Below are positions 24,021-37,282 of a stretch of 64,000 nucleotides of DNA, piece after piece. The notes under the pieces are model-generated. The model did not search any database. It was not told where the DNA came from and worked only from the letters and a program-made list of their open reading frames with translations. The stretch spans positions 1 through 64,000 of the forward strand of contig NW_026575814.1 of the NCBI RefSeq assembly GCF_028641065.1, written 5' to 3'. The stretch comes from Leucoraja erinacea (taxonomy: Eukaryota). Each line of letters starts with the position of its first letter. The stretch's first letter is position 1. Made by a program: the position numbers and the translations under genes.

Positions 24021-26924
24021 TTCCCTCTTAAACACTGAGAATAGGAACCTTCCGGACTCAGGCTCGGACATTGAGTGCGAGGAGGGTGATGCAGTCTAAC
24101 TAAGAAGCTTAGATATGACCTTGATAAGGCCAATAATGTCCAAAGGGGACCTTCGGATGTTCAGAAGCTGTGGCTGGGCTTGCACGTCATCACTTCCTAC
24201 AAGGCAAAACCAGGAGGCAGCTCAAGCAACAGCAAAGCATCACTCCCTAACGAGCTCTATCCATTCTACACACGCTTTGATGGGGGAGAACACTAATGTG
24301 CCTTCTCAGCCGCCCATAGCCCCCGGATGGTATTACAGTCTCAGACCCAGATACCCAGTCTCAGACCCAGATATGGTGTACAATTTTTGGTCGCCCAATT
24401 ATAGGAAGGATGTCAACAAAATAGAGAGAGTACAGAGGAGATTTACTAGAATGTTGCCTGGGTTTCAACAACTAAGTTACAGAGATAGGTTGAATAAGTT
24501 AGGTCTTTATTCTCTGGAGCGCAGAAGGTTAAGGGGGGACTTGATAGAGGTCTTTAAAATGATGAGAGGGATAGACAGAGTTGATGTGGACAAAGCTTTT
24601 CCCTTTGAGAATAGGGAAGATTCAAACAAGAGGACATGACTTCAGAATTAAGGGACAGACGTTTAGAGGTAATATGAGGGGGAACTTCTTTACGCAGAGA
24701 GTGGTGGCGGTGAACCTTCCCTGCACTCCCTCTATGGCAATAATGTCCTTCCTCAGATTTGGAGACCAAAACTGCACGCAATACTCCAGGTGTGGTCTCA
24801 CCAAGACCCTATACAACTGCAGTAGAACCTCCCTGCTCCTATACTCAAATCCTCTTGCTATGAAAGCCAACATACCATTCGCTTTCTTTACTGCCTGCTG
24901 CACCTGCATGCCTACCTTCAATGACTGGTGTACCATGACACCCAGGTCTCGCTGCATCTCCCCCTTTCCCAATCGGCCACCATTTAGATAATAGTCTGCT
25001 TTCCCGTTTTTGCCACCAAAATGGATAACCTCACATTTATCCACATTATACTGCATCTGCCAAACATTTGCCCACTCACCCAGCCTATCCAAAGTGCCTG
25101 TTTCCACGCTCTATCCCTAAACTAATCCTCATCAAAACCTCATTGACTAATGACCGATGGCACTAACGTCCGTGGTGATTAAGTGCTTTTACAGGTTGGT
25201 TGTGGTGCAATTCAACTCCCACCGCAGCAAGAACCAGAACCCACTATAATCTGCCTACTACCACAACAGATCAACGGAGGATTCAATCTCACCAGCTCTC
25301 CACTCTGCACTGGACCACTTTGATGACAAAAACAAAATGAGTCTGAAGAAGGTTCTTGACCCGAAACGTCACCCATCCCTTCTCCCCAGAGATGCTGCCT
25401 GTCCCGCTGAGTTACTCCAGCATTTTGTGTCCGTTTTCGGTTTAAGCCAGCATCTGCAGTTCCTTCCAACACATGGAACCCTATAGGTCAGGCTGGTGTT
25501 CATAGACTACAGATCATAGACTACAGTTCTGGTCGCCAAATTATAGGAAAGATGTTAACAAAATAGAGTGAGTACAGAGGAGATTTACTAGAATGTTGCC
25601 TGGGTTTCAGCACCTAAGTTTCAGAGAAAGGTCGAATAAGTTAGGTCTTTATTCTTTGGAGCGCAGAAGGTCAAGGGGGGACTTGATAGAGGTCTTTAAA
25701 ACGATGAGAGGGATAGACAGAGTTGACGTGGATACGTTTTTTCCATTGAGAGTAGGGAAGATTCAAACAAGAGGACATGATTTGAGAATTAAGGGACAAA
25801 AGTTTAGGGGCAACATGAGGAGGAACTTCTTTACTCAGAGTGGTAGCTGTGTGGAATGAGCTTCCAGTGGAAGTGATGGAGGCAGGTTCGATTTTATTAT
25901 TTTAAAATAAATTGGATAGGTATATAACCATATAACAATTACAGCACGGAAACAGGCCATCTCGACCCTTCTAGTCCCTGCCGAACACATAATCTCCCCT
26001 AGTCCCATATACCTGCGCTCAGACCATAACCCTCCATTCCCTTCCCATCCATATAACTATCCAATTTATTTTTAAATGATAAAAACGAACCTGCCTCCAC
26101 CACCTTCACTGGAAGCTCATTCCACACAGCTACCACTCTCTGAGTAAAGAAGTTACCCCTCATGTTACCCCTAAACTTCAGTCCCTTAATTCTCATGTCA
26201 TGCCCCCTTGTTTGAATCTTCCCTACTCTCAGTGGGAAAAGCGTCAACTCTGTCTATCCCTCTCATCATTTTAAAAACCTCTATCAAGTCCCCCCTTAAC
26301 CTTCTGCGCTCCAAAGAATAAAGCCCTAGTCCAAAGAATAAAGCCCTATGTATATGGACGGGAAAGGAATGGAGGGTATGGTCTGAGTGCAGGTAGATGG
26401 GACTAGGTGAGAGTAAGTGTTCGGCATGGACTAGAAGGGCCGCGATGGCAAGTTTCCGTGCTGTAATTGTTATATGGTTATATATGGTTATCAGGACGTT
26501 CAACATCATCACCCTCCAGGCCAGTTACTAAGCTCACGGAAGTGGATCTCTGCGCATACCTTCTGCAACTGAATCCTCGTCCTTAGCAACAGACCACAAA
26601 CGGAATGAATTGTCACCAGCACTTCCCCCTCAAAATACACCTGCACCGGAAAAGCTCAAAGCGACGTGATCAGCCGCCAGCCCTGCTCACTCAATAATCA
26701 CGATGCAGTTCAAACACCATCTTCAGGTTCGCCGACGGCACCACCTGCACAGCGGTATAGTTGCTGCCTTGCAGCGCCAGAGGCCCAAGTTCGATCCCGA
26801 CGGGTGCTGTCTGTATGGAGTTTGTACCTTCTCCTCATGTCCATGTGGGTTTTCTCCAAGATCTTCCGTTTCCTTCCACACTTGGGAAATGTAAAAATTG
26901 TCCCTCGTGTGTGTTGGAGGTTAT

Positions 26925-27524
26925 TAACCATATAACCATCTAACAATTACAGCACGGAAACAGGCCATCTCGGCCCTACAAGTCCGTGCCGAACAAATTT
27001 TTTCCCCCTTAGTCCCACCTGCCTGCACTCATACCATAACCCTCCATTCCCTTCTCATCCATATGCCTATCCAATTTATTTTTAAATGATACCAATGAAC
27101 CTGCCTCCACCACTTCCACTGGAAGCTCATTCCACACCACTACCACTCTCTGAGTAAAGAAGTCCCCCCCTCATATTACCCCTAAACTTCTGTCCCTTAA
27201 TTCTGAAGTCATGTCCTCTTGTTTGAATCTTCCCTATTCTCAAAGGGAAAAGCTTGTCCACATCAACTCTGTCTATCCCTCTCATCATTTTAAAGTCCTC
27301 TATCAAGTCCCCCCTTAACCTTCTGCGCTCCAGAGAATAAAGACCTAACGTTCAACCTTTCTCTGTAACTTAGTTGTTAAAACCCAGGCAACATTCTAGT
27401 AAATCTCCTCTGTACTCTCTCTATTTTGTTGACATCCTTCCTATAATTGGGCGACCAAAATTGTACACCATACTCCAGATTTGGTCTCACCAATGCCTTG
27501 TACAATTTTAACATTACATCCCAG
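26925..27524 (-). mobile_element. CR1 family B 3' end
   Basis: Matches the other family-B copies; tail present. Confidence 0.88.
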
Positions 27525-27887
27525 CGGACCCGGTGTACCGTGGGGTATTATGTGGGGATCGTTAGTCAGCGCGGACCCGGTGTAACGAAGGGCCCGTTTC
27601 CGCACTGTGTCTCTATTTAAACTAAACCACCGTTGTTGGACCAATCGCAGACGATGAGTCAGAGTATAGAATGAAATATAGAACAGGGTATAGACTATAT
27701 TGACTGGTTGCGCCGTGGCCTGGTTCGGCAAATCGATCAACCAGGAATGTAGAAGACTGTAAAAGGTGGTGAACACTGCGCAAGCCACAAATACATAAAA
27801 ACACACACACACACACACATATGCATGTAGGTATAAATGTATACAATACAATATTTATTCCGTCATTTCAACCTCAATAAGGCTCAA

Positions 27888-28660
27888 TCAGACTATTATC
27901 TAAATGGTGGCCGATTGGGAAAGGGGGAGATGCAGCGAGACCTGGGTGTCATGGTACACCAGTCATTGAAGGTAGGCATGCAGGTGCAGCGGGCAGTAAA
28001 GAAAGCGAATGGTATGTTCGCTTTCATTGCAAAAGGATTTGAGTATAGGAGCAGAGAGGTTCTACTGCAGTTGTACAGGGTCTTGGTGAGACCATACCTG
28101 GAGTATTGCGTACAGTTTTGGTCTCCAAATCTGAGGAAGGACATTATTGCAATAGAGGGAGTGCAGAGACGGTTCACCAGACTGATTCCTGGGATGTCAG
28201 GACTGTCTTATGAAGAAAGACTGGATAGACTTGGTTTATACTCTCTAGAATTTAGGAGATTGAGAGGGGATCTTATAGAAACTTACAAAATTCTTAAGGG
28301 TTTGGACAGGCTAGATGCAGGAAAATTGTTCCCGATGTTAGGGAAGTCCAGGACAAGGGGTCACAGCTTAAGGATAAAGGGGAAATCCTTTAAAACCGAG
28401 ATGAGAAGAACTTTTTTCACACAGAGAGTGGTGAATCTCTGGAACTCTCTGCCACAGAGGGTAGTTGAGGCCAGTTCATTGGCTATATTTAAGAGGGAGT
28501 TAGATGTGGCCCTTGTGGCTAAGGGTATCAGGGGGTATGGAGAGAAGGCAGGTACGGGATACTGAGTTGGATGATCAGCCATGATCATATTGAATGGCGG
28601 TGCAGACTCGAAGGGCCGAATGGCTTACTCCTGCACCTAATTTCTATGTTTCTATGTTTC
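27888..28660 (+). mobile_element. CR1 LINE family A 3' end
   Basis: ORF 27837-28565 (RT C-terminus) and octamer tail. Confidence 0.9.
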
Positions 28661-29304
28661 AAACGAAACGCCGTTATCACTACATAGATATATAGTGATA
28701 GGTAGAGATATAGATATGTTTGTGTGTTTTTAATATATGCTCCACAGCAGCAACAAACATTATTACAGTCAGATCACTTTATGCAAAATTATTGAATTAA
28801 GGTCTGAAGGGTCTCGACTCGAAATGTCACCCATTCCTTCTATCCAGAGATGTTGCCTGTCCTACTGAGTTACTCCAGCATTTTGTGTCTATCTTCAATT
28901 GAAATCACCATCTGCAGTTGCTCCTACACATTGAATAGTGTGCAGAATTTATTGTGTATCGTCTGACTATGTGCCTCTCGTGCTGCTGCGAGCAAGATTT
29001 CTCCTGTTCTGGAATTGCATCGTTCCTGGTCAAATGACAATAATCTCAATTTGATGTAGCAATGCCCTCTAGTTTTAGATTCCCTCACCCTGGGGGAAAT
29101 GCTGTGACGATCCCCCTCATCCAGGCCCTCAGATCTCTTTCACAGAAATAGTCCTAACCAATCCAACCTCTCCTGATAAGCACCCCAGTTCTGGCAACAT
29201 CCTGCTGAATCCATTCTACACCTTCGTAGCTCTATGAGAGTCCCTCCCACAGCAGTACTCCAAATACATAGCATTGTTAATATGGTAGACAAAAATACTG
29301 GAGA

Positions 29305-30093
29305 CACTGTGATAAATGTCAGGTACAAGAAGCAAACATAGCGCACTCTTTTGTTTTCTGTATAAAAATTCAAAAATTCTGGAACGAAATATTTGAAATC
29401 TTTACAAAATTATTTAAAACAAAACTTCTACCCAGAGTAGAATGGATCATTTTTGGAATATCGGAAGGTAACCCTGAATTAAATATGTTTCAAAAGAACT
29501 TACTTAATTATGGGCTAATAATCGGAAAAAAAGCTTATACTTAAATTTTGGAAAAATGCTCCAATACCAACAACAAAAATGTGGATTTCAAACATGTTCG
29601 AAACATTACACTTGGAAGAGATGAGACTCCTCCTAGCAGGTAAAGCAGATCACTTCCAAAAGACGTGGTCTGCATTTATGGAACTATTACAAGCTAAGGT
29701 GCAATAATAAGTTAAAATATAAAGGCTACCAGGACCTGGTAATGGGGGGTATAAAATACATTTTTAATAAAAACATGGTTGGTATATCCTTTTTTGCGGA
29801 GTTTTGTGTTACAATAGAGCGACTGATTTTCCTTTTTTCCTTTTTTTTCTTTTCTTTCTAGGGTCTTAATTATTTTCTTTGCTTCCTTCTCTAATTCCTT
29901 CCCTGAGGGGTTCTTTTCTCCCAACACCTTCCTGCACCTTCACGATTCTTGCTTACTTTTCTTACTTCTTTTATTTCTTTCTCTTTTAAAGCTCAAAAAA
30001 TGAAGTGGTACAACATAATGTAATAAGATATATGCGATGTATTAATGTGATTTACTGTACTGCTAATAAAAATAAAATAAAAAAAAAATAAAT
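29305..30093 (+). mobile_element. L1-clade LINE 3' end with CCHC finger, poly(A) and 12-bp TSD
   Basis: CDKCQVQEANIAHSFVFCIKIQKFW; A-tail; TSD AAATACTGGAGA at 29293-29304 and 30094-30105. Confidence 0.8.
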
Positions 30094-30570
30094 AAATACT
30101 GGAGAAACAGAGTTGTTCTCTGTAGCATTTTTGTCTACCTTAGATTTTCCAGCATCTGCAGTACCTTCTTAAACTTTAGCAGTATTAATGTTGAATTTTT
30201 AATTATTGTTATATATTATCTGCGAGTTATTGTGTTAACGCTCCTGTTAGGTTCTGTTGTCGGTAGATGAGACATTTGAACACTGAAGCATGGTCTCACC
30301 AATTTTTAGACAGAGAGTGGTGAAATCTGTGGAGTTCTCTGCCACAGAAGGTAGTTGTGTTAAATAGTTGGCTATATTTAAGAGGGAGTTAGATGTGGCC
30401 CTTGTGGCTAAAGGGATCAGGGGGTATGGAGAGAAGGCAGGGATGGGATACCGAGTTGGATGATCAGCCATGATCATATCGAATGGCGGTGCAGGCTCGA
30501 AGGGCCGAATGGCCTATTTTCTATGTTTCTATGTATTGTCTTGTCCTGGTGTAACACGGACAGGATTGTT

Positions 30571-30868
30571 AGCCCCTGCCCACTGTACGAGGTAATTCAA
30601 GAGTTCTCCCGAGTTTAAAACTAAATCGGACTCGTGGTGGGTACGCAGAATGTACTTACCGAGTACGTTGGAGCTCGGGACGCCTCTTAGCGGCTCGTAA
30701 CGCTAACGGCAGGTACCCGGGACACTCGTGAAGATTTTTCAACTTTGTGAAAAATGTCCACGAGAGCCCCGATTACCCACGGACGGCCATTACCGTAATT
30801 CTCCGAGTTGGAATCAGGGAAAACTCGGGAGAACTCTTGAATTACCTCGTACAGTGGGACAGGGGGCT
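30571..30868. mobile_element. Second MITE family sharing the AGCCCCTG(T)CCCACT terminus
   Basis: TIR AGCCCCTGCCCACTGTACGAGGTAATTCAAGAGTTCTCCCGAGTTT vs AAACTCGGGAGAACTCTTGAATTACCTCGTACAGTGGGACAGGGGGCT. Confidence 0.78.
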
Positions 30869-31001
30869 TTGAATGCCAAGAAGTCCAGAGTGTATAATTA
30901 CCACACGCACTAACAATGGAACAGTGAAATTCTTACTTACAACAGCCGTTCGGCCTGCAAACACAAAACACATAGTCTATAAAGAATGAAATTTGAATAA
31001 A

Positions 31002-31608
31002 TATAACCATATAACCATATAACAATTACAGCACGGAAACAGGCCATCTCGGCCCTACAAGTCCATGCCGAACAAATTTTTTTTTCCCCCTTAGTCCCAC
31101 CTGCCTGCACTCATACCATAACCCTCCATTACCTTCTCATCCATATGCCTATCCAATTTATTTTTAAATGATACCAATGAACCTGCCTCCACCACTTCCA
31201 CTGGGAGCTCATTCCACACCGCCACCACTCTCTGCGTAAAGAAGTTCCCCCTCATATTACCCCTAAACTTCTGTCCCTTAATTCTGAAGTCGTGTCCTCT
31301 TGTTTGAATCTTCCCTATTCTCAAAGGGAAAAGCTTGTTCACATCAACTCTGTCTATCCCTCTCATCATTTTAAAGACCTCTATCAGGTCCCCCCTTAAC
31401 CTTCTGCGCTCCAGAGAATAAAGACCTAACTTATTCAACCTATCTCTGTAACTTAGTTTTTGAAACCCAGGCAACATTCTAGTAAATCTCCTCTGTACTC
31501 TCTCTATTTTGTTGACATCCTTCCTATAATTGGGCGACCAAAATTGTACACCATACTCCAGATTTGGTCTCACCAATGCCTTGTACAATTTTAACATTAC
31601 ATCCCAGC
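31002..31608 (-). mobile_element. CR1 family B 3' end flanked by an 82-bp direct duplication
   Basis: ORF 31091-31660; flanks 30925-31006 and 31612-31693. Confidence 0.9.
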
Positions 31609-32041
31609 TAATGAAATTCTTACTTACAGCAGCCTTTCGGCCTGCAAACACAAAACACATAGTCTATAAAGAATGAAATTTGAATAAATATAAAAGCAAA
31701 ATAAATGGAAAAAAGTCTCCTAACTTTCTTTGTGCAGACAGTTGATAGAATTTCCAGGTCGAGATTAGCGTTGTGTTCAAGAGCCAGAACCTGATATTGG
31801 CTGCCTTTTTGAGACAGCACCTTCTATAGAACCCTTCAATGGCGGGGAGGTCAGTAGCTGTGATACACCAGGCAGTGTCAACCTCTCTCATTAATCTCCT
31901 TCACTCCTTGGCATCGAGTATCTGAACCAGGCCATGATGCAACCAGTCAATATGCTCCATGTAGTAGAAATGATAGCGAGTATTCGTCACATCCTGAATC
32001 TCCTCAATCTTCCAGGGCAGTAGAGGCGTTCGAGACCGCGA

Positions 32042-32266
32042 TGCCTCTGTCCCACTTAGGAAACCTGAACGGAAACCTCTGGAGACTTTGTGCCCCACCC
32101 AAGGTTTCCATGCGGTTCCCGGAGGTTTTTGTCAGTCTCCCTACCTGCTTCCACTGCCTGCAACCTCCGGCAACCACCTGCAACCTCCGGGAACCGCACG
32201 GAAACCTTGGGTGGGGCGCAAAGTCTCCAGATGTTTCCGTTCAGATTTCCCAAGTGGGACAGGGGC
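32042..32266. mobile_element. About 220-bp MITE with long TIRs (CTGTCCCACTTAGGAAACCTGAACGGAAACCTCTGGAGA...)
   Basis: TIRs of about 85 bp; same family at 46376-46600 and 54526-54748. Confidence 0.8.
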
Positions 32267-32690
32267 CTCTAGAATTTAGAAGATTGAGAGGGGATCTTAT
32301 AGAAACTTACAAAATTCTTAAGGAGTTGGACAGGCTAGATGCAGGTAGATTGTTCCCGATGTTAGGGAAGTCCAGGACAAGGGGTCACAGCTTAAGGATA
32401 AAGGGGAAATCCTTTAAAACCGAGATGAGAAGAACTTTTTTCACGCAGAGAGTGGTGAATCTCTGGAACTCTCTGCCACAGAGGGTAGTTGAGGCCAGTT
32501 CATTGGCTATATTTAAGAGGGAGTTAGATGTGGCCCTTGTGGCTAAGGGGATCAGGGGGTATGGAGAGAAGGCAGGTACGGGACACTGAGTTGGATGATC
32601 AGCCATGATCATATTGAATGGCGGTGCAGGCTCGAAGGGCCGAATGGCCTACTCCTGCACCTAATTTCTATGTTTCTATGTTTCTATGTT
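32266..32690 (+). mobile_element. CR1 LINE family A 3' end
   Basis: LEFRRLRGDLIE... with tail. Confidence 0.88.
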
Positions 32691-34527
32691 TAAGGAACTG
32701 CAGACACAGGAATCTGACGAGAAACACAATTGCTCTAGTAACTCAGTGGGTTAAGGTATCATCTCTGGTGGACATTGATAGATGACGTTATGGGTTGGGA
32801 CCCTTCATCCCAAGAAGTTGAGGTGTTTAGAGGCTTTCTGTGTGATTACATCAAGGTGCTGGGCCCAGGACAGATCTTCAAATATACACACCAGCTTAAA
32901 GTTCTTGAGTTTCTCCACTGCTGACCCTTGATCCATGTAATCAGTTTAGGGGTCCCTGTGCAGCTTGATGTGTGTATGGGACAATACCTAATCTTGATCT
33001 ACTCCAGCTCCAATGCCCATTACTTCCCCTCCACACCCCCCATCCCCATCGCATCTCCCCCTCCCCACATCTCCCCCCCTCCTCCCCACCCCTTCTCCTC
33101 CTCTCGCCCCCCTATGACTCCCCTCATCCCTCCTCTCAATTCTCCTCCCCACCATCTCCGCCTATCCACTCCCATCCCCATCCCTCACCCCCCCCCCCCC
33201 CCCAACTTGATACACAGCTTAAGGATAAGGGGGAAATCCTTTAGAACCGAGATGAGAAGAACTTTTTTCACACAGAGAGTGGTGAATCTCTGGAACTCTC
33301 TGCCACAGACGGTAGTCGAGGCCACAGTTCATTGGCTATATTTAAGAGGGAGTTAGATGTGGCCCTTGTGGCCAGGGGGATCAGAGGGTATGGAGAGAAG
33401 GCAGGTACGGGATACTGAGTTGGATGATCAGCCATGATCATATTGAATGGCGAATGGTGCAGGCTCGAAGGGCCGAATGGCCTACTCCTGCACCTAATTT
33501 CTATGTTTCTAACTTCCTCTACCCTCCTCTTCTCCTTCTCCCCTCCCTTCATTCCTCCCCACCCCTCCTCTCTCCTCCCTATCCCTGCTCCAACAACGTA
33601 CCTCCCCGCACTCACCTCCCCTCCTCTCCTCTCCCCTCACCAATCAGTTCAAAGACTATATAACCATATAACCATATAAACAATTACAGCACGGAAACAG
33701 GGCCATCTCGGCCCTACAAGTCCATGCCGAACAAATTTTTTTCCCCTTAGTCCCACCTGCCTGCACTCGTACCATAACCCTCCATTCCCTTCTCATCCAT
33801 ATGCCTATCCAATTTATTTTTAAATGATACCAATGAACCTGCCTCCACCACTTCCACTGGGAGCTCATTCCACACCGCCACCACTCTCTGCGTAAGAAGA
33901 AGTTCCCCCTCATATTACCCCTAAACTTTCTGTCCCTTAATTCTGAAGTCATGTCCTCTTGTTTGAATCTTCCCTATTCTCAAAGGGAAAAGCTTGTCCA
34001 CATCAACTCTGTCTATCCCTCTCATCATTTTTAAAGACCTCTATCAGGAGTAGGCCATTCGGCCCTTCGAGCCTGCACCGCCATTCAATATGATCATGGC
34101 TGATCATCCAACTCAGTATCCCGTACCTGCCTTCTCTCCATACCCTCTGATCCCCTTGGCCACAAGGGCCACATCTAACTCCCTCTTAAATATAGCCAAT
34201 GAACTGTGGCCTCAACTACCCTCTGTGGCAGAGAGTTCCAGAGATTCACCACTCTTCTACTTCCTCTACCCTCCTCTTCTCCTTCTCCCCTCCCTTCATT
34301 CCTCCCCACCCCTCCTCTCTCCTCCCTATCCCTGCTCCAACGACGTACCTCCCCGCACTCATCCCTCCACTCACCTCCCCTCCTCTCCTCTCCTCTCCCC
34401 TCACCAATCAGCTCAAAGACTATATCTAGTCAGGACGTTTTCTTTATTGACATGACTCCCCTCCCCAACGAAATGAGATTGTGTTCCCAGTCGGGACGTT
34501 TGGTTTATTGACGCCTCCCTCTCCCTG

Positions 34528-35250
34528 TCACTGGGGCCCCTTCGTAGGAATTACGAAGTCCAGCCTCAGCTCGCACACATAGATGTTGGTGACCCAGGAT
34601 AGCAGGGCCAGTCCGGGCATGGGCTCGTCATCCCTGGTCACCTGAAAGCCCTGGGCTAGATAGAGCCGGATGGCGGGCTGCTGGACGGTGGAGGTGTACA
34701 GGACACACTCCCGGTAGCCGCTGTCCCGGGCGAACTCCAGCACCCGGCGGGTCAGTCTGCAGCCCAGTCCCAGACCCCGGCATCGCCGGTCCACCGAGAG
34801 GCGGAGGAGCTGGCAGCAGCCCGGCTGCCCCTCGGCCTTCTGTGCTGCCACCACCCCTCGCAGCCCACCGTCTCCCCCCTCCTCCTCCACCACCCAGAAC
34901 CCCGACCCCGGCCTCCCCATGTAAATCCCCTCAATGTCCGCCATGTCCCCCTCCAGCTGCTGCTTCACGTACCCGGCGTATATCAGGCGGCAGGCCAGGT
35001 AGAGGAGGGCTAGCAGCGCGGCGACGGGCAGAGCGGCCCAAGCCAGCGGCCAGCCGGCTCCGTAGACGGCGGCCCCGGTAGCCAGGAGCAGACAGGGCGC
35101 GGCGGGCGACTGCAGGGCCCGGCGGAATGCCGGCCAAGGGAGATCCAGCAAACCCTCCGAGAAGATCCTGCGGGCCTCCGGTGTGTCTCCGGCCCGGAAC
35201 GGGCGCACGGTGAAGCGGGGACCCCCTCCAGCCTTGTAGGCGGCAGCCAT
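34528..35250 (-). CDS. nat8: NAT8/camello-family GNAT N-acetyltransferase (240 aa, single coding exon)
   Basis: N-terminal VRPF motif, hydrophobic membrane segment, DMADI..Y...FWV, QLLRLSVD, acetyl-CoA loop RGLGLG, VLEFARDSGYRECVL and AIRLY...GF. Upstream (TC)n-CAG splice acceptor (exon starts 35317). Minus-strand AATAAA at 34504-34509 and 34443-34448. Family is clear; exact orthology (NAT8 vs a lineage-specific camello) is not. Confidence 0.9.
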   Translation of the reverse strand: MAAAYKAGGGPRFTVRPFRAGDTPEARRIFSEGLLDLPWPAFRRALQSPAAPCLLLATGAAVYGAGWPLAWAALPVAALLALLYLACRLIYAGYVKQQLEGDMADIEGIYMGRPGSGFWVVEEEGGDGGLRGVVAAQKAEGQPGCCQLLRLSVDRRCRGLGLGCRLTRRVLEFARDSGYRECVLYTSTVQQPAIRLYLAQGFQVTRDDEPMPGLALLSWVTNIYVCELRLDFVIPTKGPQ

Positions 35251-35540
35251 GGTCCAGGGAGCCGCTGGGAGGTTGTGGAGGAGGTGCTTCGGCCAGAGGA
35301 AGGGGAGGTGTCTGGATCTGCAGAGAGAGAGAGAGAGAGAGAAACATCAAGTGAGGCAGAGGTCCCAGGGCTGCCAACTCTCACGCAATTCATATAACCA
35401 TATAACAATTACAGCACGGAAACAGGCCATCTCGGCCCTACAAGTCCGTGCCGAACAATTTTTCCCCCCTTAGTCCCACCTGCCTGCACTCATACCATAA
35501 CCCTCCATTCCCTTCTCATCCATATGCCTATCCAATTTAT

Positions 35541-36038
35541 TTTTTTTATTTATTTTTTTTAATTTTATTTTTTTGAAAATGTTTTTTATTGGAGATAGGT
35601 ACATAATCTATTACATCATTACTGTCTTACATTTTTAAATTGATAATATTGTCGGTTATTATTACATTGTCTCCAATACTTTTTGCCTTTTTCTTCATTT
35701 TTTTTAAACTAGATAGAACTAAAGAGATAGATGAAATAGAGGAAGAAAAGAAAGGAAAGAAAAACAAAAACAAAAAAAAACAAAAAAAAAAGAAAAAAGG
35801 GGGAAAGAGATAGTTAAAGAAGAATGGAAAAATTTATTAAAATAAAAAACATCGTTCGAGATATGTTCGTACATTTCAGAGTGTAGCATTTCATCCAATC
35901 TTTAGCCCGAGTGCTAGTCAGGTTCCTGTGCTGAACTATTCTGACCCTTTAAGTAATCAATAAAAGGAGACCATGTTCCAACGAATAATTCCTGTTTGTC
36001 CAACAGGGAAAATCTGATTCTTTCCACGTTTAAGGTCT
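35541..36038 (-). mobile_element. L1-clade LINE 3' end
   Basis: T-rich tail on the + strand; minus-strand WSPFIDYL motif like the other L1 ends. Confidence 0.6.
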
Positions 36039-37282
36039 CCACCTGCCTGCACTCATACCATAATAACCCTCCATTCCCTTTTCATCCAGAATAAAGACCA
36101 ACTTAGTCAAACTTTTACTGAACTTGAGTTGTGGAAACCCAGCAAACATCTAGTCCTTTAATCCTGCTGTACTCTCCTATATGTTGTGACATCCTTCCTA
36201 TAATTGGGGCGACCAAAATTGTACACCATCTCCAGACTTTGGTCCATTACTCTCAGATTTGGTTCATGATATAGGTCTTTCAGTTGAGAGGATCGCACGC
36301 TAACGCAAAAAGCGGTAAGAATAAATAAAATAGAGGAACATATTACGAAACCTTAGCTCTGCGGCTTAGTTAGAAGTAAACATTGCAACTTCTAGTCAAT
36401 AACCCGAGAGTACTCTTTGTATTACAATGCTCTCTAAACACACCATTTACATATATCCAATCATCACTCAACCTCACTTTCTCTACACGAACCCCCCCCC
36501 CCCCCCCCCCCCACCACATGTCGCCAATCTCCCTGCAGCTTCCCCCTTACCTACCCTACGCCTCTGCAAGGGTAAGTGCCGTGTAGGGGTAAACCAAACT
36601 AAACTAAGCTTAATATTGCAGAATGACACAACTGTGTTCTGCGTGCCTTCATTGGACAAGGTAAGGGAGTGCGGTGCCCGACACACTACTCCTGATCACC
36701 TGCCACTGTTTAACTAAAGCGATGGGAGTTTATTGATGCGGTAACAACCAGGGTTGGGTTAGTGGGGGCAAAGTGCAAGTGGACTTTCAAAACACATCGA
36801 CAAATTGCTGCATGACAAACTTACCAAGAAAAGTAAAGTCCACGATATTTGATAGGCATAAATGGACTCTTCACAAACTCCTCACACAGTGGATGTTGCA
36901 ACAGTACAGCACAGCACCAGGCCTTTTGGCCCACTGTGTCTCTGCTGGCCATCGTGCCAATTTGGGCAGAGCCACTGGTAGAGCTACTGCCTCACGGTGC
37001 AGGAAATCACTGTTTGATCATCACCTCGGGTTCTGTCAGTGTGGAGATTGAAAGCTTTCCCTGCCTGCCCCCAGGTGGGATTTCCACTCGGTGCTCCGGT
37101 TTCCACCAACACCCCGAAAGATGTGCGGGTTTGTAGGTTGTTTAGCCTCTGTAAATTGCCCCCAGTGTGGATACGAAAGTGGGGTAATATAGAACTAGTG
37201 AGCAAGGTGATCGATGGGGTCAGCGTGAACTCTATGGGTCGAAAGGCCTGTTTTCACGCTGTACTTCTAAACTAGGTTTAAA

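Noticed and set aside
34752-35408. Alternative-frame ORFs overlapping the NAT8-family gene
   Set aside because: Shadow ORFs of a GC-rich coding exon with no recognisable motifs.
36518-36577. ATG...AGG|GTAAGT as a candidate MHC leader exon (MSPISLQLPPYLPYASAR)
   Set aside because: Not hydrophobic, wrong phase (0), and in a noisy region; 41079-41130 fits far better.
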